Program-made: the position numbers and the translations under genes
DNA from: a virus
Taxonomy: Duplodnaviria; Caudoviricetes
DNA length: 56,439 nucleotides
Reading direction: 5' to 3' (one strand)
IMG/VR virus record: IMGVR_UViG_3300015264_000006
Coordinates: 1-56,439 of that record
Part shown: positions 43,950 through 52,021 of the stretch, piece by piece
How the letters are laid out: every line of letters starts with the position of its first letter
Position numbering within the stretch: the first letter of the stretch is position 1
The notes under the pieces: model-generated
What the model was told of the DNA's origin: nothing
The model's input: only the letters and a program-made list of their open reading frames with translations
Database searches by the model: none

Positions 43950-44247
43950 GGGGCACCGCCAGCGGCGAGCGGGCCATCTGGCGCAGCGGGCAGCGGTGGC
44001 CGTCGGCTTCCCGGCACTCGCCGCAGAGCGCTATCCCGGCGGTGAGGTCGCCGGCGTGCGGAGCGCACAGCTCGCGCAGGCCGAGGTGCTCGTGGACGCA
44101 TCCGGCCATGACCATCACCGTCGCTGCCCGCTCGCAGTCATGGCCCGACTCGAAGTTGTAGGCCATGCAGGTCTCATCCACTGGCGTCAGCCCCCTGCCG
44201 CTGAGAGGCAGGCTGTAGTCGGCGGTGACGACGGTGACGTCATCCAT
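43942..44247 (-). CDS. Cys/His-rich hypothetical protein
   Basis: GGAGG RBS; CVHEH...LC..H...CGEC. Confidence 0.65.
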   Translation of the reverse strand: MDDVTVVTADYSLPLSGRGLTPVDETCMAYNFESGHDCERAATVMVMAGCVHEHLGLRELCAPHAGDLTAGIALCGECREADGHRCPLRQMARSPLAVPRA

Positions 44248-44452
44248 CGCCGGCCTCCTGGTCATGGCGGCGCAGCTTCCCGCACCAGCACGCGCCCCGG
44301 TCCGCGCAGCCTTCGCGGCAGTGCCGGTCGATGAGCGGGTTCCGGCCGTGGCATGGCCGGGAGGTGAGCAGCGCACTGTGCGCGTTCGCGGGGCAGATGC
44401 CGGGGAGGCGGCGCAGCAGGCCCCACAGTTTCCAGCGCAGCCGCTCAGTCAT
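44240..44452 (-). CDS. Cys-rich hypothetical protein
   Basis: GGAGG RBS; CWCGKL. Confidence 0.6.
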   Translation of the reverse strand: MTERLRWKLWGLLRRLPGICPANAHSALLTSRPCHGRNPLIDRHCREGCADRGACWCGKLRRHDQEAGDG

Positions 44453-44648
44453 CGCCGGCCTCCGTCGCGGGCCGGGCGTACGTGGTGCCCTCCTGCGGGC
44501 CGCAGCGGTGCGACCTGGACCCGTTGTGGAACCAGCCCTTGCACTGCGGCGGGCAGGGCGGCGTGCCGTGCGGCCGGGTGATGCACTGGCGGATGGCCTT
44601 CCCGCAGCCCGGCTGCCCGCACCGCGGCATCCGGACGCGGCTAGCCAC
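44445..44648 (-). CDS. Cys-rich hypothetical protein
   Basis: Coupled ORF. Confidence 0.55.
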   Translation of the reverse strand: MASRVRMPRCGQPGCGKAIRQCITRPHGTPPCPPQCKGWFHNGSRSHRCGPQEGTTYARPATEAGDD

Positions 44649-44829
44649 GGCCGGCCTCCTTGCCGCGCATGTCCCGGGCGAGGAACCGCACCGTCTTGCC
44701 GACCTGCCGCCAGGCGATCTCGAACTCGTCGTCGGACAGTCCGTGCAGCGCGTCGGCCAGCAGCTCAGGCCAGTTGGCCGGAAGGCCGGGCACTGTCACT
44801 GGCGGCCGGTGCGGCACGCGGCTAGCCAT
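44641..44829 (-). CDS. Hypothetical protein
   Basis: Coupled ORF starting MASRV. Confidence 0.55.
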   Translation of the reverse strand: MASRVPHRPPVTVPGLPANWPELLADALHGLSDDEFEIAWRQVGKTVRFLARDMRGKEAGRG

Positions 44830-45208
44830 CGTCGTCGTCCAGCTCGTCTTCGGAGACGTCGTCCAGCTCGCCGTCAACGATGTCGGCGTCGACGTAGTCC
44901 GGGTCGCCGGCCGCGATCGCGGCCCACGGGTCCGGGCGGGCGGTCACCTGCCACTGGGCGACGGGCATGTCGTCGCGGATGGACAGGGCGCCGACCTTCC
45001 GCGCCATGTCCTCGGTGCACGGCGTCAGGCAGTACACCGGGTAGCTCGTGAACTGGGTAGCCGCAGGCGCGGCGGCGTCACCGGGGTAGATGTCGACCTT
45101 CAGCCGGGTGGCCTGCATCAGGGGAGCGTCGGCGGTGACGTACCCGGCGAGGCGCCGGCGGCCAAGCAATTCGCATATCGCCCAGCCCTCGAAGGGATCC
45201 GCACTCAC
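44822..45208 (-). CDS. Conserved phage hypothetical protein
   Basis: FEGWAICELLG.RRLAGYV...YCLTP.TE. Confidence 0.8.
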   Translation of the reverse strand: MSADPFEGWAICELLGRRRLAGYVTADAPLMQATRLKVDIYPGDAAAPAATQFTSYPVYCLTPCTEDMARKVGALSIRDDMPVAQWQVTARPDPWAAIAAGDPDYVDADIVDGELDDVSEDELDDDDG

Positions 45209-45732
45209 GCCGCGCTCCTCATGTTGTGGCCGCTCATGAAGCGCCGGTCACGGCCTTTGCTGTCTGGTGTCTCGATCTGCTCGCCGCACCCGCAGGCACA
45301 CGCGATCAGGACTCGGGGCTTGCGCCTGGCGGCCACTGCCTGCGCGATCGTGACCTGCCGAAGTCCAGTCCTGTATGCGTGCCGCATGTTGTCCGGACGT
45401 GTCAGGTACTCGAGATTCCAGGCGGCCGGCTGCTGCTTGTCGCCGTCCTTGTGATTGACCTCATGGCCAGGCGGGCACGGCCTGATGAACGCAGCGGCAA
45501 CGAGGCAGTGAACGAGTCGCGTTGACGGCCGGCCGTCACGCCAGAGCTGCACAACCAGATAGCTGCCGGGTGCCACCTCGTGCGCCTTGAGTACGCGGCC
45601 GATGCGGGCGCCCCCGCCATGCCCGGCGCCGTTGCGTGCGGCCCGGCCGATGCGTCGCACCCGGCCACGGTCGCTCACTTCGTAGGCCGGGAAGCCCTCG
45701 ACGATGGCCCAGCCCTCGAACGCGTCAGCCAT
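45205..45732 (-). CDS. NUMOD4-HNH homing endonuclease
   Basis: YEVSDRGRVR (NUMOD4), VHCLVA.AF, VNHKDGDK...NLEY....N..H, CACGCG. Confidence 0.88.
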   Translation of the reverse strand: MADAFEGWAIVEGFPAYEVSDRGRVRRIGRAARNGAGHGGGARIGRVLKAHEVAPGSYLVVQLWRDGRPSTRLVHCLVAAAFIRPCPPGHEVNHKDGDKQQPAAWNLEYLTRPDNMRHAYRTGLRQVTIAQAVAARRKPRVLIACACGCGEQIETPDSKGRDRRFMSGHNMRSAA

Positions 45733-46825
45733 CGGTGGCCTCCCCGCTGGCGTCCTGCTCGATGCGGGTGGCGGCGGCCAAGAGGCCGGCGCGGTCCTTG
45801 ATGCCGTTGAGCCGGCCGATCGCGGTCCGGGCCTGGGCCTCGGTGAGGTCCTTAGTGGACTCCAGGTCATCAGGGACGCCGGCGAGGCGGGCGGTGAAGA
45901 CCAGGCGCTCCTCGCGGTCGTGGTCCTCGTAGCCGAGCTTGCTGAACGCGGTGCGGATGATGCCGACCTGCCCGCTGCTGGCCCGCGCGGGCGGCCGCTC
46001 AGCGCCGTCGCCGCGCGGGTCCGCTGGCTCATCGGGCGGCAGGGGCACGTCGAGCCTGGCGGCCATCTTGCCGGGCTGCTCAGCCCAGTCGTCGCGGGTC
46101 CGCTGCTGGCGGGGCGGCCGGCGGGTGGTGATGTCCTCGGCGGTGATCCGGACAGCCGCAGGCGCGGGGTCGCCGGGCCCGCCGGCGGGCTGGACCTCCT
46201 CGGGGATGTAGATCCCGCCGAGGTCGTGCGGGAACGCGCGGCGCAGCGCGAACGCCTCGGCGCACTTCTCGATCATGTGGTCGGGCTGTGTTTTCCACTG
46301 CCCGGCCGGTTCGCCGCCCTTGGTGAGCTGCATGTACGAGGCGGTGCGGCAGACGCCGGGGTACCGCTTGCCGTCCTTGAGGACGACGACTTTCGCCGCG
46401 GCGGGCGGGTAGTCCCAGAGCCACACGCCGTGCTGGCCTCCGTCGCCGTCGTACCAGATGGTGTCCTCGTACTCGACGGTGAGGCCGAGGCGCTGGGCGA
46501 TGCGGTCGCGGATGACCTGGAAGCCGCCGATGCCGACCTGGATGGTCCACTTGGTGACCCACTGCTCCTGCCACTGCCCGCGGTCGTCCTGCCACTTCTC
46601 CTTGTTGCGGCGGCCGATGTAGTAGATCTGCCTGCTGAACGGGTCGAGCTGGGTTTTCTGGCAGTAGTGCATGAACACGGCCAGCTCAGCGTCGGAGCAG
46701 TCCTTGATGCCGAGGACGGCCAGGCCCGCCTTCTGCTTCTCGTTGAATGTCTCCTGGCCGGGCTTGATGACCAGGCCGGACAGGGGTGCGGGACGGGTGG
46801 CGATGCCGTTTCCGGGGGTGCTCAT
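45725..46825 (-). CDS. RecT/Bet-like ssDNA annealing recombinase
   Basis: LDPFSRQIY, QVGIGGF, P.HM..KCAEA.ALRRAFP.DL.G.Y..EE. Confidence 0.9.
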   Translation of the reverse strand: MSTPGNGIATRPAPLSGLVIKPGQETFNEKQKAGLAVLGIKDCSDAELAVFMHYCQKTQLDPFSRQIYYIGRRNKEKWQDDRGQWQEQWVTKWTIQVGIGGFQVIRDRIAQRLGLTVEYEDTIWYDGDGGQHGVWLWDYPPAAAKVVVLKDGKRYPGVCRTASYMQLTKGGEPAGQWKTQPDHMIEKCAEAFALRRAFPHDLGGIYIPEEVQPAGGPGDPAPAAVRITAEDITTRRPPRQQRTRDDWAEQPGKMAARLDVPLPPDEPADPRGDGAERPPARASSGQVGIIRTAFSKLGYEDHDREERLVFTARLAGVPDDLESTKDLTEAQARTAIGRLNGIKDRAGLLAAATRIEQDASGEATDG

Positions 46826-47031
46826 GATGGCTCCACGGGGGTTGCGGGCGCGATGTGCTCGCGCCAGGTGAGCAGCTCGGATACCGGGTCTATGACCCGG
46901 ATCGCGCGGGCCGGGTCGAATTCGGCGGTGATGTAGGCGGCGAAGGCGTCAGCGACGGCCTGGTCGCTGAACAGGCCCCAGCACGCGGAGGAGTGGTAGG
47001 GCAGGTGGCTGCCGAGCACGACGACCCACAT
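46822..47031 (-). CDS. Hypothetical protein
   Basis: Coupled ORF starting MWVVVLG. Confidence 0.55.
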   Translation of the reverse strand: MWVVVLGSHLPYHSSACWGLFSDQAVADAFAAYITAEFDPARAIRVIDPVSELLTWREHIAPATPVEPS

Positions 47032-47255
47032 CAGGAGGCCCCTTTCGGCGGCCGGGTGGTGACCTCGAAGAGCGGCAGGATCTGCCAGTTGTCGTCGCCC
47101 ATGCCGGGCAGCCGCTGGAGGCTCTTCATCGCGCCCTCGGCCGCGACCGGATTCTCGTAGGGGCCGTAGACGCCCTTGACGGCTGAGCCGTCGTAGTAGC
47201 TGACGACGATGACGGCGCGGCGGTAGGTCTCGCCGGCGTTCGGGCTGGCGGCCAT
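47031..47255 (-). CDS. Hypothetical protein
   Basis: Coupled ORF starting MAASPNAG. Confidence 0.55.
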   Translation of the reverse strand: MAASPNAGETYRRAVIVVSYYDGSAVKGVYGPYENPVAAEGAMKSLQRLPGMGDDNWQILPLFEVTTRPPKGAS

Positions 47256-48100
47256 CAGTAACCGGTGTCCTCTCGGGTGGCCCACGCGGGCAGGGTGATC
47301 TCGGTGAGGCCGTCGCCGTAGCCCGGCCAGTCCCCGGTCTCGGTGCATGCCCGGTAGACGTCGATCGCCCGGCTGTTGCGATTGCGGCCGATGCGGACCG
47401 CATCAGGGATCAGCTCGATGACGTTGACGAGATAGGGAGGGCTCTTTTCCTGGGCCACGAACCAGAAAGCAACATCCGCCCCGGTCACCGCGGCCAGGCC
47501 GTCTTGGTAGTGGGCGTGCTGCTGGTGATATCCGTAGTCCGCGCAGGCCTTCCCGAACTTGCCCGGGTCAGCGGAATCGGCGGTCTTGTAGTCGACGATG
47601 ATGAGCTGGCCGGTGCCGGGGTCATACATCCAGTCGAGGCGGGCGCGCAGCTGCGTGCCGGTGCGCTGGTCGGCCCAGTACACGGACTGCTCGGCCTGCC
47701 CGTGCTCGGGGTCTAGGAGGTTCCACGCGAGCGGGTGCTCTTCCAGCGCGGCGGCCATGGCCCGGCACTGAGCCAGCTCCCTGGTCAGCAGCGGGATCTT
47801 CCCCCCGGCGCGGGCGTCGTCGCGCTGCTGCTTCGCGGCCTTGGTCATCCAGTTGTCGCAGGTGACCTCTACGATGTCGGGGCCGTTGCCGAGGACGAGG
47901 TTGTGGGCGCCGGATCCGAAGTCCCACACCTTCTTGCGCTCGGGGTGGTCCTGGCGCCAGAAGAACTTAGCCGGGCAGTACGGCGGGAGCAGGAGCTTGG
48001 CGCCGGAGCAGGACAGCGCCCACGTGTCGCCGAAGTAGTCGGCCTCGGGGATGTCGTGGATCCCGGCGGCGCGCGGCGGGGCATCGGCGGTGGCTGTCAC
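47255..48100 (-). CDS. RecE / exonuclease VIII-like PD-(D/E)XK exonuclease
   Basis: LS.SGAK.LL, FGS..H, RARLD, IVDYKT, YGY..Q...Y, QEK.PPY. Confidence 0.88.
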   Translation of the reverse strand: MTATADAPPRAAGIHDIPEADYFGDTWALSCSGAKLLLPPYCPAKFFWRQDHPERKKVWDFGSGAHNLVLGNGPDIVEVTCDNWMTKAAKQQRDDARAGGKIPLLTRELAQCRAMAAALEEHPLAWNLLDPEHGQAEQSVYWADQRTGTQLRARLDWMYDPGTGQLIIVDYKTADSADPGKFGKACADYGYHQQHAHYQDGLAAVTGADVAFWFVAQEKSPPYLVNVIELIPDAVRIGRNRNSRAIDVYRACTETGDWPGYGDGLTEITLPAWATREDTGY

Positions 48101-48393
48101 TCTGGCTCCCTGCGCATCTGCTCTTCCATCTGCCGCGCCCACTGCGCATGCTCGGCGGCGCGGTCCCGCTCGGCGCGGACGGCGGTGTGGCGGGGACACC
48201 AGATGCACCCGCACTTGTGGATGGTCACGCCGGGCAGCACGTGGACCCGCTCGGCGGTGGCGTCGGCCAGGGCCGAGATGCGGGGGTCCTGCTCCGGCGG
48301 CGGGATAGTGGCGCCGCGCAGGACCCGGCCGAGCAGCGGCGCGCCGATCAGCACGCCGAACGCGTAGAGGGTGATGGCGTCAGGCCACGTCAT
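48097..48393 (-). CDS. Small membrane-anchored protein
   Basis: N-terminal TM segment; CGC..C..H. Confidence 0.55.
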   Translation of the reverse strand: MTWPDAITLYAFGVLIGAPLLGRVLRGATIPPPEQDPRISALADATAERVHVLPGVTIHKCGCIWCPRHTAVRAERDRAAEHAQWARQMEEQMRREPE

Positions 48394-48584
48394 GACTTCG
48401 GCTCCCTGGCGGCTGCGGCGGCGAGTGCTGCGCGGCGCTCGGCGGTGATGCCGCCCGTGTAGACGGCGTAGTCGTCGGCGGCCTGGAGGATGACTTCCAT
48501 GGCCAGCTGGCGCGTCTTCGGCACCGGGCACGTCAGGGCCGTCGACTGCCGCCAGACCAGCGCCTCCAGCTCGTCGCGGGTCAC
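48390..48584 (-). CDS. Hypothetical protein
   Basis: GGAGG RBS; coupled. Confidence 0.6.
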   Translation of the reverse strand: MTRDELEALVWRQSTALTCPVPKTRQLAMEVILQAADDYAVYTGGITAERRAALAAAAAREPKS

Positions 48585-48784
48585 GGCGTCACCTCCGGCG
48601 GCTGCGGCCCGATGATGACCAGCCGGGACTGGATGACGCGGACCCGGTGGCCCAGGCCGCCGCGCGCGTGCTCAGCGGCGGCCTTCTCGGCGGTGGTGTC
48701 GTCGCCGCTGGTCAGGAAGACCTCGCAGTCCTCGCACCAGCCGGCAGCGGACAGGACCTGGTAGCGGCGGGTCAGCCTGGTCAC
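48581..48784 (-). CDS. Small Zn-finger-like protein
   Basis: CEDC...H.....H. Confidence 0.6.
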   Translation of the reverse strand: MTRLTRRYQVLSAAGWCEDCEVFLTSGDDTTAEKAAAEHARGGLGHRVRVIQSRLVIIGPQPPEVTP

Positions 48785-49128
48785 CGGGTGCCCTCCAGTT
48801 CCCAGAGGTGGAAGCAGGTGTCGTGCAGGCTGAGGTACTCCGCGCGGGGCGGCAGCAGCATCGCCACCCGGATCTCATCCGGGATGAACCGGTAGCGGGC
48901 CTCGGTGATCTCGTCCCAGTCCGGGTACCGGCCCGGGCGCGGCGGATGGGTACTGGTGCGGTGGCTGATGGACAGGTGCCACAGCGGCCGTGAGTACGCC
49001 GGGTCGGGCTCCAGGCCGGCGAGGACCATCAGGTGCCCGTCGGCGACGTCGCGCTGCCACGCGCGGGTGCCGGGGAAGCTGGCCTTCATGACCGGCCCGG
49101 GGTCGACGCGTACCCACTTCACCTTCAC
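48781..49128 (-). CDS. Conserved phage hypothetical protein
   Basis: WHLSISH...RYP.WDE...HDTCFHLWE. Confidence 0.75.
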   Translation of the reverse strand: MKVKWVRVDPGPVMKASFPGTRAWQRDVADGHLMVLAGLEPDPAYSRPLWHLSISHRTSTHPPRPGRYPDWDEITEARYRFIPDEIRVAMLLPPRAEYLSLHDTCFHLWELEGTR

Positions 49129-49406
49129 CGGGTCACCGCCGTGACGTCAAAAAGGTGCCAGACGAAGCCGTCTCCGGTGCGCGGGCACGTCCCGGCCCAC
49201 TTCGCGCCTTCGGGCAGCGCGTGGCCGGTGCCGAACACCTGGTACGCGCGGTCATGCTCTGGTGCCCCGTCGGTGTGCTCGGCCCAGAACTCGACGCCGT
49301 ACGACGTGCTGAGCGCGGCGACGGCCACGGGGCTGCCGGTCAGCCTGACGCTGTGCGCCCGGTCGTCGATCGGCACCTCGTAGCGGCGCATCATCCGGAG
49401 GTTCAC
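49125..49406 (-). CDS. Conserved phage hypothetical protein
   Basis: VFGTGH.LP...GT...GFVWHLF. Confidence 0.75.
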   Translation of the reverse strand: MNLRMMRRYEVPIDDRAHSVRLTGSPVAVAALSTSYGVEFWAEHTDGAPEHDRAYQVFGTGHALPEGAKWAGTCPRTGDGFVWHLFDVTAVTR

Positions 49407-50050
49407 CGGGTCACCGCCAGGACGCCGATGAGCTGGCGGCCGACGTGCTCGGTATAGGCCGGCGGGATGGCCTGGCTCATCTCGGCGCCGGTCATCCAGT
49501 CGATGCCCATGAGCTGGCGCCAGTCGGCGAAGGTGGCGTGCCGCTGCCGGGACTTGGTTGCGCCCGTCCCGGTGACGCTGATGGCGCGGCCGACATGGTG
49601 GCAGCCGGGACGCATCTCGAATGCACGCCAGCTTGTCTCGAACCACCGCTCGCGGATGAGCTGCCCAGCGGGAGTGCGCAGGCCGAACATGCAGCCGCAC
49701 AGCTTGAGATCGGGCCGCATCGGCGCGCCGGGGACGTTCTCGATGACCCACGGCCTGCCGCTCCGGGCGAGCAGTTCACGAACGGGGCCGATCTGGTCAG
49801 GGTGACTGGCGCGGGTGCGCTCCGGAGTGGAAGCGCTGTACCGCTTGCAGACCGGGCTGACGTGGATCGCGGCCACGCCGGCGAGGCTGGCGCTGGCCAG
49901 GAACTGGAGCATGTCGGCCTGGACGAACCGGAACGGATAATGCGGCTGCGGCTGGATGTCGACGCCGAGGATGTCGAACCCGGCACGGTGGTAACCGGTC
50001 CCGGCACCGCCGGCCTTGCAGAAGCCGTCAAGCAGCAGAGGCCGGGTCAC
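49403..50050 (-). CDS. Short C5-cytosine DNA methyltransferase-like protein
   Basis: LD.FC.AGG motif I, SPVC motif IV, IENV motif VI, R.R.F, SQAIPP motif X. Confidence 0.8.
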   Translation of the reverse strand: MTRPLLLDGFCKAGGAGTGYHRAGFDILGVDIQPQPHYPFRFVQADMLQFLASASLAGVAAIHVSPVCKRYSASTPERTRASHPDQIGPVRELLARSGRPWVIENVPGAPMRPDLKLCGCMFGLRTPAGQLIRERWFETSWRAFEMRPGCHHVGRAISVTGTGATKSRQRHATFADWRQLMGIDWMTGAEMSQAIPPAYTEHVGRQLIGVLAVTR

Positions 50051-50883
50051 GTCGCCCACCCGCCGTCTTCCCACTCGGGCCGGATGGGGCTGAGGCAGCG
50101 GGGCGACTGCCCGGCGAGCACGGCGTCGACCCAGGACCCAAGCTCGGAGCGGCCCGGCCCGGCGAGGGTGGACGCGACGTACTCGCGGAGGTCGGCGGGG
50201 GGTGTCCACGGCGGCGGCTCGGGGACGTCGCCGCAGTGGCGGGGCGGCCAGAAGGGCGTGAACGACGGCAGCGGCGGCAGCGTCGCCTCCACGGCGGGCG
50301 CGGCCAGGAATCCGGAGTACGGCTCCGGGCCGTCGACGGGGTCGACGAACTCGCGGTAGAAGCGCGTCTCAGCCTCGGTGCCGGGCGACGGCCGACTCGC
50401 GGCCGACTCGCGCAGCGCCTCGCGGAATCCCTCCCGGAACCGCTCCATCTGCTCCTCGGTCAGCTCGCCGTCGAACGGCCGGATCTCCAGGCTGGGCTGG
50501 CAGTCGTCGTGGAGGTCGGAGGGTCCGCCGCCGCAGTCCGGGCCCGGGTCCTCGCCACCGCCCGGCTCGCCGTCGACGGGGTCGACGAACTCGCGGTAGA
50601 AGCGGATCTCGGCTGGAGACGGCAGGGGGTCGCCGATGTCCAGTCCGAGGTCTTCCAGGATCCGGGCGGCGGCCCCGGCGTCAGGCGGCGACGGCGGGTG
50701 CACGATGATCGTGCCGCCCTCCAGCCACGGCGCAGGGCCGTCCTGCCCGCTGTCCCACCCTTCGCTGTGGCCGTGGTGGCGCGGTCCGGCGTGGCTGGGT
50801 GAGTGCCGGCGGAACGCGCCGTGCAGCGTGAGCACGGCCACGGCCACTACCAGGACGGCCAGGGGGATCATGAGCCACGTCAC
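50047..50883 (-). CDS. Membrane-anchored acidic Pro-rich protein with an internal repeat
   Basis: N-terminal TM segment; RFYREFVDPVDG occurs twice. Confidence 0.6.
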   Translation of the reverse strand: MTWLMIPLAVLVVAVAVLTLHGAFRRHSPSHAGPRHHGHSEGWDSGQDGPAPWLEGGTIIVHPPSPPDAGAAARILEDLGLDIGDPLPSPAEIRFYREFVDPVDGEPGGGEDPGPDCGGGPSDLHDDCQPSLEIRPFDGELTEEQMERFREGFREALRESAASRPSPGTEAETRFYREFVDPVDGPEPYSGFLAAPAVEATLPPLPSFTPFWPPRHCGDVPEPPPWTPPADLREYVASTLAGPGRSELGSWVDAVLAGQSPRCLSPIRPEWEDGGWAT

Positions 50884-51068
50884 TGGGTCACCGCCGCGCT
50901 GGTCTTCTCGTGGGCGCGCTGGCAGGCGGAAGGGCTGCGCCCCCGGCATACGCCGCACAGCCCGTCCAGGCCGTCAGCTCCCACGCCCAGGTTGTGGCCA
51001 GCGTGGCACCAGCAGTACCCGAAGCCCGCGTCTCCGCTCTCCATGATCATGGTGTTTTTCACTGCCAC
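50880..51068 (-). CDS. Small Cys-rich protein
   Basis: Coupled ORF; CWC...C..C. Confidence 0.5.
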   Translation of the reverse strand: MAVKNTMIMESGDAGFGYCWCHAGHNLGVGADGLDGLCGVCRGRSPSACQRAHEKTSAAVTQ

Positions 51069-51226
51069 CGCCTCCCCTCGCGGGCGACGCGGGCACGCGC
51101 GGCGGTGAGCGCCTCGCGGGACGGCGGGTACTGCGGCGGCGGGAGCCTCCGCCCGGCACGGGACCGGGCCAGGAGCACGGCCGCGTAGGCGGCAAGGATC
51201 ACGGCGTACAGGACGATGGCGGTCAC
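51059..51226 (-). CDS. Small membrane protein
   Basis: VTAIVLYAVILAAYAAVLL. Confidence 0.55.
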   Translation of the reverse strand: MTAIVLYAVILAAYAAVLLARSRAGRRLPPPQYPPSREALTAARARVAREGRRWQ

Positions 51227-51522
51227 GCGGCGGCCCGCCGCTCCGTGATGAGCGCGCGCCACGCGGCGTTCAGCGGGTCGATGTCCTCGAACCGGGCGCC
51301 CCAGTGGAAGCCGAGCTCGACGTCGCGGGCGGAGCTCTCCTCGACGAGGCCGAGGGCGGTGAGGCCGGCGCCGTAGCCGCCGTGCCGCTGGCCGACGACG
51401 CAGTCGCAGGAGGACATGATGTCCAGCCTGTCCAGGTCGAGGCGCTCAGCCCAGCCGGGCTCGCGCTCGTCGAGCAGCGCGGCGCCGGCGGCGACACGCT
51501 CAGCGATGGTGGGGGCGGTCAT
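51223..51522 (-). CDS. Hypothetical protein (tandem paralog B)
   Basis: TIAERVA.GA..LD...PGW.ER.DL.RLD....CV.GQ. Confidence 0.8.
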   Translation of the reverse strand: MTAPTIAERVAAGAALLDEREPGWAERLDLDRLDIMSSCDCVVGQRHGGYGAGLTALGLVEESSARDVELGFHWGARFEDIDPLNAAWRALITERRAAA

Positions 51523-51845
51523 GCGGCCACCCGCCGATCAGCGATCAGGGCGCGCCACTCAGCGTCGATCGCCTGCCACGCCTCTACGCTGACCTCGGAC
51601 GTGGTGAGGTCGAAGCCCAGGAAGAGGGGGTCCACGCCCAGCTCGTCCTGAGCCCAGTAGTAGCTGTCGCCGGCGTATTCATCCGCCTCGGCTGCCTCGG
51701 CGAAGACCTGGCCGAGGACGCACAGGCACGCATTGGCCAGGTCGAGGCGTCCCAGGTCGATGCGCTCCTGCCAGCCTGGGGAGTTGCCGTCCAGCCAGTC
51801 CGCGCCGCGTGCGACACGCTCAGCGATGGTGTCCATGGCGGTCAC
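51519..51845 (-). CDS. Hypothetical protein (tandem paralog A)
   Basis: Same motif as 51223-51522; AAGGAG RBS. Confidence 0.8.
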   Translation of the reverse strand: MTAMDTIAERVARGADWLDGNSPGWQERIDLGRLDLANACLCVLGQVFAEAAEADEYAGDSYYWAQDELGVDPLFLGFDLTTSEVSVEAWQAIDAEWRALIADRRVAA

Positions 51846-52021
51846 AGCAGGTCTCCTTTCATGGTCACCGTCTCGGTCTGCGGCGGCAGCGACTGCCTGA
51901 GCCACGCGGACACGACGGCTATGTACACGTCCAGGCGGGCCAGGGCCTGCGCCGCCTGCTTCTCGATCGCGGTTATCTCCGCCGGGGTCGCCGGGCGGCT
52001 CAGCGGGCCGGGGCCGGTCAC
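51842..52021 (-). CDS. Hypothetical protein, 59 aa (not in ORF track)
   Basis: VTGPGPLSRPATPAEITAIEKQAAQALARLDVY...; coupled at both ends. Confidence 0.55.
   Translation of the reverse strand: MTGPGPLSRPATPAEITAIEKQAAQALARLDVYIAVVSAWLRQSLPPQTETVTMKGDLL

Noticed and set aside
51223-51530. C-terminal AA endings of early proteins as degradation tags
   Set aside because: These can be explained by overlapping stop-start sequences in GC-rich DNA; only the repressor and integrase tails have supporting context.
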